From Chlamydiae bacterium CG10_big_fil_rev_8_21_14_0_10_35_9 (GTDB lineage: Bacteria; Chlamydiota; Chlamydiia; Chlamydiales; SM23-39): a stretch of DNA of 57,657 nucleotides. The notes beneath the pieces are model-generated. The model made no database searches. It was not told the DNA's origin and was given only the letters and a program-made list of their open reading frames with translations. Where the stretch lies: assembly GCA_002773835.1 (NCBI GenBank), contig PFAC01000005.1, positions 1 through 57,657 on the forward strand, in the 5' to 3' direction. Below, in pieces: positions 21,272 to 29,317 of the stretch; within the stretch, counting starts at the first letter, position 1; every line of letters starts with the position of its first letter. The position numbers and the translations under genes are program-made.

Positions 21272-22534
21272 ATGAAGCGTAAATTTATATCAACCGTATT
21301 CATTGCTGTAACTTGTATGGCAAGTATGGCTTTTGCAGGTGCTGATAATGACGTGCTTGCATCTTGTGACTGTCCACCAAATAGATGTGACTGTCCACCA
21401 CCCCCAAAAAAGGAATGTTGTCCGTGTCCGCCAAAATGTGTAAAGAGTCCATCAAAGTGTAGTTGCTGTGACTACATGACTTGCTGTCCATTATTACCAC
21501 TTCCCGTTAAGTGTGGTAACGTATTTGTGGAAGGCGAATACCTATATTGGAAAGCATATACAGAAGTTCCTTATGCAATAGCGAGAAGAACCGTTCCACC
21601 ATATACAGCTGGTACACAACTGGTGGTAGATGAGGATGTAAAATCGGTCAACATGAATGCGAGCTCTGGTTACAGACTTGGCATGGGTGCTTACCTTTCT
21701 GATTGCTCATTACTTTACGGAACATACAGACAATTTGCTACAGATGGTACAGATGGTATTTCAGCGAGCGCTACAACATCGATGCCACTTAGTGAACAAC
21801 AGTGGCTTATATTCGTCTGGAATAGCAATATACCCACTAGTATTTTTTCAACACCCGGTCCCCCTAATACTGCCAATGCGCGTCAACGACATAGAGAAAA
21901 GGTGTTAGATTTTGATTTTCTTAGGGAATTTGCTTGTGGTAGGTTTTCTATAAACCCATTTGTAGGAGTTCGATTTGCTTGGGTCAAATCGGATTTAAGT
22001 ATAGATTATTTTCGAGGTCGAGATCCAAACTCTTCGATTCCTATAGACGGATATTTAAATCATACTGACGTCAATAATCACATGAATTTTGGAGTGGGTC
22101 TTCACACAGGATTGCAATCCAATGTAGACCTTGGGTGGGGCTTTGGCCTTTTTGGAACTTCTTCAGTATCTGCTCTTGTAGGTCAATTCCAGTTTGAACA
22201 TAGAGAAGATGTAACTGATTTAGTTTTTGTTGCGCCTTTTCCTCCTATACCTTACACAACTACACGTTCTTTCAAAGTTACCGATTTTCAAACAGCTTGG
22301 GAGTTAGGAGTAGGATTGGATTGGGGTCATCATTTCTGTGATTGCGCTTATTATCTTGGGTTTAAGGTAGGCTATGAAGCCAATATTTGGCCTAACTTTT
22401 TTAGATCTTTTCATACTTTGAGACCTAATGGTAGCGTGCTTGATGGTGTGATTCAAGGTGGAGATAGAATGAGTCTTTGGTCAAGATCACTGCTAACCCA
22501 TGGTCTTAATGTAGGTGCAAGATTTGACTTCTAA
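21272..22534 (+). CDS. MOMP-like/Lpg1974-like outer-membrane beta-barrel porin with Cys-rich N-terminus (copy 1)
   Basis: GAGG RBS then ATG at 21272, signal peptide ending AFA, EYLYWK, GYRL..G, PF.GVRFAW, GYE..IW.N, C-terminal ARFDF. Confidence 0.8.
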   Translation: MKRKFISTVFIAVTCMASMAFAGADNDVLASCDCPPNRCDCPPPPKKECCPCPPKCVKSPSKCSCCDYMTCCPLLPLPVKCGNVFVEGEYLYWKAYTEVPYAIARRTVPPYTAGTQLVVDEDVKSVNMNASSGYRLGMGAYLSDCSLLYGTYRQFATDGTDGISASATTSMPLSEQQWLIFVWNSNIPTSIFSTPGPPNTANARQRHREKVLDFDFLREFACGRFSINPFVGVRFAWVKSDLSIDYFRGRDPNSSIPIDGYLNHTDVNNHMNFGVGLHTGLQSNVDLGWGFGLFGTSSVSALVGQFQFEHREDVTDLVFVAPFPPIPYTTTRSFKVTDFQTAWELGVGLDWGHHFCDCAYYLGFKVGYEANIWPNFFRSFHTLRPNGSVLDGVIQGGDRMSLWSRSLLTHGLNVGARFDF

Positions 22535-22558
22535 CAATTAAAGGCTATTAAAATCCTG

Positions 22559-22598
22559 AAAAGCTATAAATTCACCTGAATTTATAGCTTTTTTTTTT
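22559..22598 (+). terminator. Rho-independent terminator
   Basis: AAAAGCTATAAATTCA-CC-TGAATTTATAGCTTTT perfect inverted repeat running into a long T tract after porin 1. Confidence 0.85.
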
Positions 22599-22977
22599 GA
22601 TGTATGGCTTATAAAATTTCGGATAGCTCTAAAACAGGCAATGCTGAAGCTTTAAAAAAATCCATCAACTTTTTGTGTGTACAATAAGATATTTTTCTCA
22701 AAATAATACAGTCTGGAGGGAAAGGAAATGGGTAAAGTTATATTAAGGCTTTATTGTACGCTTAGAATAATGTTCCGGACTTGTATGAAGAACCTTGTAG
22801 GTCTTGAAAAAGCTGAAAACTTACATAGAGCTCATTCATCTGTGACTATAGTCTTGGAGTCTGAGCATTACATGTTTAAGATTGCCAAATTTCGATCAAT
22901 CAATTGAACTATTTTATAAAAAGCATGACAGTTTTCTTTCGGATCCTCTTAAGTAGAATGCTTTTTTCTAAAAAGTC

Positions 22978-23007
22978 TTGTCTAAAAAAAAAAATACCTG
23001 TTATATA
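22978..23007 (+). promoter_or_regulatory. Putative promoter of porin 2 with A11 tract in the spacer
   Basis: TTGTCT-N18-TATATA with TG extension; AGGAGG RBS downstream. Confidence 0.45.
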
Positions 23008-23027
23008 ACAAACAAAAGGAGGCTTTT

Positions 23028-24269
23028 ATGAGGCTTAAATTTATGATGGCTATATTTATTGCCCTATTTTCAATGGCAAATATGGCTTTTGCAGAAGCAG
23101 ATGATAATGCTTTAGCAATGAGAAATAACAAAGATTATTCAAATTGCAATACATGTCCACCAAAAAAAGAGGAATGTTGTCCATGTCCAAAGGAGTGTAT
23201 TAAAAGTCCATCAAAATGTAGTTGCTGTGATTACATGACTTGTTGTCCTATGTTGCCATTACCGGTGAAGTGTGGTAATCTTTTTATGGAAGGAGAGTAT
23301 TTGTATTGGAAGACTTACACAGTCGTTCCTTATGCAATTACAAGGACAGTTGTTCCTCCTTTTACTTCTGGACTTCGAACTATTGTCAATGAAGATGTAA
23401 ACACTGTTAAGATGGATGGGTCTTCAGGATACCGACTTACATTGGGAGCCTATTTCTCTGATTGTTGGTTTGGCCTTGGAACATTTAGACAATATGATAC
23501 GGATGGAACAAATAGTGTTTCAGTCAGGGGCGTTGATGGTTTCCCTCTTCCTCTACAGCAATGGATCTCTGCTGTTTGGGCCACAAACCCAGCTAATTCA
23601 GACACTAATAATGGAGGTCCTCCAGTTTCTGCCAGTGCTCGTCAAAGGCATAGAGAAAAAGTATTAGACTTTGATTTTCTTAAAGAATTTGCTTGTAGTA
23701 GATTTACTTTCAGTCCTTTTCTCGGAGTTCGTTTTGCTTGGGTCAAATCTGATTTAAGAGTTGATTATTTTCAAAACTTTACACCCGGAACTGGTACTGT
23801 GTCATATAATAACCATGTTGATGTGAACAATCACATGAATTTAGGTGTGGGTCTTCATACAGGTATGCTTTCTAATATAGACCTTGGATGGGGTTTTGGA
23901 TTTTACGGTACGTCGGGACTTGCCGCTCTTGTAGGCCAATTCCAATTTGAGCATAGAGAGGATGTGACAGATGAGTTTACTGGTACAGACTTTCCTGTTA
24001 CTTATACATCTACCCGTTCTTACAAAGTTACTGATTTTCAAACAACCTGGGAGCTTGGTGTAGGCTTAAATTGGGGACATCATTTTTGCGATTGTGGATA
24101 TTACCTTGGTTTGAAAGTTGGCTATGAAGCCAATATTTGGCCTAACTTTTTTAGATCTTTTCATACTTTGAGAACTACAAGTGTTCAAAATAATGCTGAA
24201 AGAATGAGTCTTTGGACAAGATCTATATTAACACACGGTCTTAACGTAGGCGCTAGATTTGATTTCTAA
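23028..24269 (+). CDS. MOMP-like/Lpg1974-like porin with Cys-rich N-terminus (copy 2)
   Basis: Clear paralogue of 21272-22534 with the same strand motifs and terminal Phe. Confidence 0.8.
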   Translation: MRLKFMMAIFIALFSMANMAFAEADDNALAMRNNKDYSNCNTCPPKKEECCPCPKECIKSPSKCSCCDYMTCCPMLPLPVKCGNLFMEGEYLYWKTYTVVPYAITRTVVPPFTSGLRTIVNEDVNTVKMDGSSGYRLTLGAYFSDCWFGLGTFRQYDTDGTNSVSVRGVDGFPLPLQQWISAVWATNPANSDTNNGGPPVSASARQRHREKVLDFDFLKEFACSRFTFSPFLGVRFAWVKSDLRVDYFQNFTPGTGTVSYNNHVDVNNHMNLGVGLHTGMLSNIDLGWGFGFYGTSGLAALVGQFQFEHREDVTDEFTGTDFPVTYTSTRSYKVTDFQTTWELGVGLNWGHHFCDCGYYLGLKVGYEANIWPNFFRSFHTLRTTSVQNNAERMSLWTRSILTHGLNVGARFDF

Positions 24270-24272
24270 CTT

Positions 24273-24297
24273 ATAAGGGCTCTTATTGAGCCCTTAT
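24273..24297. terminator. Hairpin between convergent genes (likely bidirectional terminator)
   Basis: ATAAGGGCTC-TTATT-GAGCCCTTAT; the loop and right arm overlap the last codons of the IspD-SDR gene. Confidence 0.6.
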
Positions 24298-25623
24298 TTC
24301 TATTATTTCACCACTCAGATTTTTAACTTTTAATATTTTAAGAACTTTTACTGCGATTGTTTTTGGATCTAGGAGATTTTCATTTTCCTTAGCAGAAAAA
24401 TGCATTCTTCTCATTTTGGTATCGGTGCGTTGGGGAACTATTACATTGACGCAGAGGTCCTTTTTTTCATCAGCCAGGCTTTGGGTAAAATTAACAAGGG
24501 CAGCTTTTGTGGAGGAGTATATTCCATAGTTTTTTCTTCCTTTAAAGTAAGAAGAGGAAGAAATATTAATAATATGTCCCTGAGCTTTGATTTTTGCCAT
24601 TTTGCAGGATAAAATGACGCCGGTAAGATTTACTTGTAGAATTTTAGTAATTTCAGTAAGGGTGATCTTATCAAGCGGCTTTTTAATGAGAATGCCTGCT
24701 GCATTAATAAGACCATCTACCATTCCATATTGGCCATGGATGGATTGAAAGGCTATTTCCATACTTTTTGTATCGTTTAAGTCTATGGTTATGGCAGTTT
24801 TTTTTCTTGCTAGAGGGATAACTATGGCTCCTGCTTGTTCTAACTGTCGGCAGATCTCTCTTCCCATGCCCCCATTGGAACCTATGACTATATATTTTTT
24901 TCCTCTGATGGAGGTATTAGGAGTTATTTCTTGTTTGATAGGAAGGCGAAACATTTGCTCAGCTAGAAACAAGTCCAGGCTGGTGGTAATTTTTATGTTG
25001 CGCTCATCACCTCGCACAATAGCTATTTTATGACCTAAATTATGAACAAGTTGACAATCATCTGAAGCATTTTCTTGTTTTGCATTAAGGGCATGCTCAT
25101 GCGCTTTACAAATAAGTTTATAACAAAAGCTTTGAGGGGTCTGTCCTCTTAAATAGGCAGACCTTAAGGGTATATCATCAATATGAGAGCCATTTTGAGT
25201 ATGCACTAATGTATCTGCGCTTGATATGCAGGTATCTACTGCTTTATGTTTAAGTACTTGTTCAAAATTTTCTTGTAAGATCCTTAAACTCACAAAAGGC
25301 CTTACTGCATCATGGATCATTACGAAATTAGAGTTGGCATGACAGGCTAGCAAGCCTAAATAAGAAGACTCCTGTCTTGTTTTGCCCCCTTCAATTACTT
25401 TACAGTTGGGGTAGTGGGCAACTTCTTTACATACTGTAGCTATAAAGTCTTTATCACAGACTAAGATGATTTCATAGAATAGGTTTGATTTGACAAAGGT
25501 ATCAAGTGTGTGAAGATAGACTTTTTTACCGGACAAGTTATGGTACTGCTTGGGGAGGGCGCTTTGAAAGCGGCTCCCAATTCCTGCCATAAGAAGTATC
25601 GCTGTCATTCTGATATTTTGCAT
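24283..25623 (-). CDS. Bifunctional IspD/TarI-like cytidylyltransferase-SDR reductase (Bcs1-like CDP-alditol synthesis)
   Basis: N-terminal AG.GSRF...PKQY, IHDAVRPF, QTPQ.F, NIKIT; C-terminal GSNGGMG, NAAG, YSSTK (YxxxK). Confidence 0.85.
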   Translation of the reverse strand: MQNIRMTAILLMAGIGSRFQSALPKQYHNLSGKKVYLHTLDTFVKSNLFYEIILVCDKDFIATVCKEVAHYPNCKVIEGGKTRQESSYLGLLACHANSNFVMIHDAVRPFVSLRILQENFEQVLKHKAVDTCISSADTLVHTQNGSHIDDIPLRSAYLRGQTPQSFCYKLICKAHEHALNAKQENASDDCQLVHNLGHKIAIVRGDERNIKITTSLDLFLAEQMFRLPIKQEITPNTSIRGKKYIVIGSNGGMGREICRQLEQAGAIVIPLARKKTAITIDLNDTKSMEIAFQSIHGQYGMVDGLINAAGILIKKPLDKITLTEITKILQVNLTGVILSCKMAKIKAQGHIINISSSSYFKGRKNYGIYSSTKAALVNFTQSLADEKKDLCVNVIVPQRTDTKMRRMHFSAKENENLLDPKTIAVKVLKILKVKNLSGEIIEIRAQ

Positions 25624-25950
25624 AGGGGATTCATTATATAGAGAGGTGATTATTTTTAGGTGAAAAACATGCGGTTATAACTTTTCAAAAGTTATATTTT
25701 TAATTTATTTTTTAGGGTCCCATGTTCTGAAGGCAAACGCTATCTGCTTAAAGTTGGAATGAAGGCTTTCTTCTTTTTTTAGGTCACGTCTTTACCTCAA
25801 CACTTTTGCATAAGATTAAGCAAACTATTATCTTAGCATATGCAAAACAGGGCTACGCTCTTGTAAAAGTGTTTGTTCCTCCTAATCAAATAGACTATAG
25901 ACCGAAAAATCAAACAAAACCACACCACTCAAAATTAAAGCATAGTCTTC

Positions 25951-28038
25951 TCATTTTAGTTGAGATGGTTCATTTTTTTGATAAAGATGGACATCTCGTG
26001 TTGGATATGGAATTACAATATTATTTTCTTTTAAGGCAGTTTCAATTGTCCAAAGATATTTAGCTGTTGTCGAACGGGTCCTGGTTCCTGTGGTATATTC
26101 ATTGACCCATACTACAAGTTCAAAATCAAGGCTGCTTTCTCCAAATTTCACAAGCCATACCTGGGGTTCTTTCTCTTCTATGGTTAAAGGAACCTTTTTA
26201 GCGGCCTCAATAATTATTTTAGATACTTTTTCTTTATCTGTGCCATAAGCAACTCCAAAGGGAACTCTAATCCTCCTTATTTTTTCAGACAATGTCCAGT
26301 TAGTGAATTTTTTCATGACAAGCTCGGAGTTGGGAATTAAGATTTCTAAATTGTCCAATGTTTTGATAAGAGTCGTCCTTACCTTTATTTCTTTTACAGT
26401 CCCAAGCTCTCCGCTTTCTAAGCCGATAAAGTCACCAATACGTACATTTTTTTCTAAAAGTACAATAATGCCTGCTATAAAATTATTAAAAAATGATTGA
26501 AGGCCAAATCCAATTCCCACTGAAAGGGCACCAGCAATATAGGCAAAAGCAGTAAAGTCAATACCTATTGTAGTAAATGCTATAATGACACCAACTGTCA
26601 TCATTATATAAAAAAATAGTCTTGAAAGTGTATAGATGCCAGCCTGGTTAAGTTTTTTATGCTTGGATCCAAGCCGGATAATTCCCTTTCTGGTAAGCCA
26701 CGATACTAAGTAAATAATAATAATCGTAATAAGGAATTTTATTAGGGCAAAAGGAGTAATAGAGGTCTCACCTATTTTAAAAAGCCTTTTTTCAAACCAT
26801 GAGGCATTTTCCTTAAAAAATCCGATGGTTGAGTGCCAACCTTGGGCGATTTTATCTTTAAAAGTTGCATAATGCTCACTAATAAGAAGCTTTAGCTGGT
26901 CTAAAAGAAACTCGGAAAGATATAACTCTTGTTCAATCTTTTGCAGTTGTACCAATGCTGTCTCATTCATAGTTAGAATGTGTTGATACATTTCTGTATC
27001 GACACTTGTCTGGGAAAGTTCTTCTAAGGTATTTTCCAGCTCTACTCGCGCTGTTTTTCGTCTAATCGTTTGTTCGTTTTGAATTTTTTCAATATCCATT
27101 CGCCAAACATCTATTTGTTGATAAAGAGTGCTCAAAGATATGTCTTCACTATTTAGTCCTAGCAAAACGATGTTTTTTTGGATTTGTAGATCGATAAGTC
27201 GAATTTTTTCTAAATTTTGCTGAACAAATGCATTTAATAGTTGTTGTTCAGTTACCCTATCTCGATGGGTTGACATACGAGATTGTATAAGTAACACTTC
27301 TTGTTGCGCAGCCTCGCTGTGGCTTTCTTGGGCATATAAAGCAGAATTAATACCTGTCAGGTCTTCTTTAGAAACAACTAGTACTTTTCTTGCATGTGCA
27401 ATTTCTTCTTCTAAAAATTCTTCTTCAATCTTTAAATTTTCCAAAGAGGCTTGCTGGATTTTAAGACGGATTTGATCGCTTGAAATGTTCATTCTTGTAG
27501 CAATGATTTCTAAGCCTAGTAAATACCTGGTGTCAGATGGATCTAGATCCATATATTCTGCTTTCAAAGTGTCTAGGTAAATATCTTCGCTTTTTATTTT
27601 AGAACTTTCTAAGTTTACTTTTGTGTGTAGAGCGTCAATTTTTTCACTTAAATCTTTTTGTGTATTTCCTAAAGCAATAAAGGAGGCAAGATTGTATGTA
27701 TTTTGAAATGCTGGCTTGGAAGGGGGGATAGGGGGCGTTGCTTTCTTTAAATTGCTTAATGTGTTTACAGCAATTTGGACTTTGTCCATTAAATAAGTTG
27801 ATTTTTGATAAGATGCCGAAGGAAGTTTTTCTTGCATTTGAGCAAAATAAGCCAAAGCTTTTTCAGCCCTTTTATCAAAGGCATCTCCTTTTACATCAAA
27901 AAAACTCCACCAATTTGAAGAAAGATCTGCAGGATTAGGGATGCTGACGGACTCTTGCCCTGATTCAGGTATAAAAGGGGAAGTATCAGAAAAAAGATGA
28001 GATTGGAATAAAATAAAAAGTAATAATAGCTTTTTCAT
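25951..28038 (-). CDS. Large MscS-family mechanosensitive channel (MscK-like, long periplasmic helical domain)
   Basis: Signal peptide from MKKLLL (28038; ORF track starts at 28086); GALSVGIGFGLQ..FNNF..G, IGD.I, IPNS, GVAYGTD, FG.SSLDFEL, IPYP.RD. Confidence 0.9.
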   Translation of the reverse strand: MKKLLLLFILFQSHLFSDTSPFIPESGQESVSIPNPADLSSNWWSFFDVKGDAFDKRAEKALAYFAQMQEKLPSASYQKSTYLMDKVQIAVNTLSNLKKATPPIPPSKPAFQNTYNLASFIALGNTQKDLSEKIDALHTKVNLESSKIKSEDIYLDTLKAEYMDLDPSDTRYLLGLEIIATRMNISSDQIRLKIQQASLENLKIEEEFLEEEIAHARKVLVVSKEDLTGINSALYAQESHSEAAQQEVLLIQSRMSTHRDRVTEQQLLNAFVQQNLEKIRLIDLQIQKNIVLLGLNSEDISLSTLYQQIDVWRMDIEKIQNEQTIRRKTARVELENTLEELSQTSVDTEMYQHILTMNETALVQLQKIEQELYLSEFLLDQLKLLISEHYATFKDKIAQGWHSTIGFFKENASWFEKRLFKIGETSITPFALIKFLITIIIIYLVSWLTRKGIIRLGSKHKKLNQAGIYTLSRLFFYIMMTVGVIIAFTTIGIDFTAFAYIAGALSVGIGFGLQSFFNNFIAGIIVLLEKNVRIGDFIGLESGELGTVKEIKVRTTLIKTLDNLEILIPNSELVMKKFTNWTLSEKIRRIRVPFGVAYGTDKEKVSKIIIEAAKKVPLTIEEKEPQVWLVKFGESSLDFELVVWVNEYTTGTRTRSTTAKYLWTIETALKENNIVIPYPTRDVHLYQKNEPSQLK

Positions 28039-28089
28039 GGACTTCTCCTTAACTCTGCAATATAAGAATTCAGAATTAAGGAGCAAGTA

Positions 28090-28713
28090 TTAAGCGCGTT
28101 CTAAGACTACTGGTTTATCAGCCACCACTAGATAAAAGTCTATCAGGTCTTCTTGGTAGTGCTTTTGCCATTTTACTCCGCTTGACCCTTGGAATACATA
28201 CTTGCCAAGTGGCTCAAAATGGATGTCTTTAAACCCTGTATTTTTCATCTGAGTTTTTACATCATCAGCGATAACAATATTCAGATCATTCGCTTTTTTG
28301 GCTAAAATAGTTGCAAAAGCAATTCTCCCATTTGGTTTTAAGGCTTTATAGGTGTCTTTTATAAAATCCTCAAAAGGGTGAAAGTTTTTGGGTTCATCAA
28401 CAACAAATATCTTTGTTGCTGACTGGCCTTTAAAGTCAAAGCTTCCAATGCCTATTATTTGACTTTCAGACAGGTTATATTCTTTAAAAATGCTAATATC
28501 TATGGCTGACTGATTTAAATCCAATACAAGATCTTCGTCATTTAAGTCCAAATGGTCTAATACATAACGAGTTAGGTTGCTCTCATAGTCATTTGCTTGC
28601 GCATGGGGGAAATAACTTTTGTCAAAAAAAGAATACTTATCTTGTTCTGCAAAGGACAATTGTACCCCAGTAATGAAAAATAAAGAAATTATTATTAAAA
28701 ATTTTTTTAACAT
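28090..28713 (-). CDS. Exported protein with degenerate class I methyltransferase-like fold
   Basis: Signal peptide ending SFA; LVLDL strand lacking GxGxG, LKPNGRI, M..TGF.DI, C-terminal DFYLVVADKP. Confidence 0.55.
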   Translation of the reverse strand: MLKKFLIIISLFFITGVQLSFAEQDKYSFFDKSYFPHAQANDYESNLTRYVLDHLDLNDEDLVLDLNQSAIDISIFKEYNLSESQIIGIGSFDFKGQSATKIFVVDEPKNFHPFEDFIKDTYKALKPNGRIAFATILAKKANDLNIVIADDVKTQMKNTGFKDIHFEPLGKYVFQGSSGVKWQKHYQEDLIDFYLVVADKPVVLERA

Positions 28714-28896
28714 ATTAAAACAATATTATTTAATTGCTTAATAATTATAACAAAAATTAATTTAAAGATAAAGTTAATAAAAACATTTAAATGTAAATTT
28801 ATTTTTTTAAATCAGGCTGGACAAAAAAAAATCTTGATTATACTTTGCGGGTTTAGAGGTTTATTAACTTTAACCCATTCAAGGAGAGAAAAAACT

Positions 28897-29274
28897 ATGA
28901 AGAAAAAGGATCTATTAAAGATAGCAATGATTGGATTGGCGTCAGGCGCTTGTATCGCAGCTCAAAATAATACTGATGATCTTGATTTAAACAGCTTACT
29001 AGCTATGTCTAAATGTACAAAAGATCAAAAACAAGATCGAGGATCTTGTGGTAACGGATCTTGCAGCAACAAAAGTTCTTGCAGCAACAAAAGTTCATGC
29101 AGCAGTAAAAGTTCATGCAGCAGCAAAAGCCCTTGTAATGGTGGAAGCTGTGGCAATGGTGGTTGCAATAATGGAAGAAATGACACAAGAAATAAAATCT
29201 TTGGAAGAGATACTGAAGAAAGTCAAAGTAAAAAATCAGATGATCAACGCTGCGGTAAATTCTATAACGACTAA
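28897..29274 (+). CDS. Cys-repeat exported peptide; putative MNIO (DUF692) RiPP precursor (125 aa)
   Basis: AAGGAG RBS, MKKK plus hydrophobic leader, core GSCGNGSCSNKSSCSNKSSCSSKSSCSSKSPCNGGSCGNGGC, directly upstream of DUF692. Confidence 0.8.
   Translation: MKKKDLLKIAMIGLASGACIAAQNNTDDLDLNSLLAMSKCTKDQKQDRGSCGNGSCSNKSSCSNKSSCSSKSSCSSKSPCNGGSCGNGGCNNGRNDTRNKIFGRDTEESQSKKSDDQRCGKFYND
29059..29130 (+). repeat. Four in-frame 18-bp tandem repeats encoding SCS(N/S)KS
   Basis: TCTTGCAGCAACAAAAGT x2, TCATGCAGCAGTAAAAGT, TCATGCAGCAGCAAAAGC. Confidence 0.95.
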
Positions 29275-29280
29275 CCTTCA

Positions 29281-29310
29281 TAAGGCAAAAAGGAAATCCT
29301 TTTTGCCTTA
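29281..29310 (+). promoter_or_regulatory. Intercistronic stem-loop between precursor and DUF692 gene
   Basis: TAAGGCAAAAAGGA-AA-TCCTTTTTGCCTTA perfect 14-bp inverted repeat ending 7 nt before the DUF692 ATG. Confidence 0.75.
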
Positions 29311-29317
29311 ACTGTTT

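Noticed and set aside
21039-21275. 78-aa ORF MVEHLPFKERVVGSSP
   Set aside because: Translation of tRNA-Lys and the promoter region.
22600-22970. Intergenic region between the porins as a gene remnant or sRNA
   Set aside because: No recognisable homology or structure by eye.
25700-26063. ORF 25806-26063 and an imperfect hairpin at 25804-25847 as a possible ncRNA
   Set aside because: The ORF overlaps mscS antisense and has no motif; the hairpin matches no RNA family I can recognise. An Rfam/Infernal search would be needed.
28897-28956. Lipoprotein lipobox in the precursor (LASGAC)
   Set aside because: Poor match to [LVI][ASTVI][GAS]C; an SPase I site (IAA/Q) is at least as plausible. Left unresolved.
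29059-29130. 18-bp repeats as a CRISPR array
   Set aside because: No spacers, in-frame coding periodicity, and no cas genes in the window.
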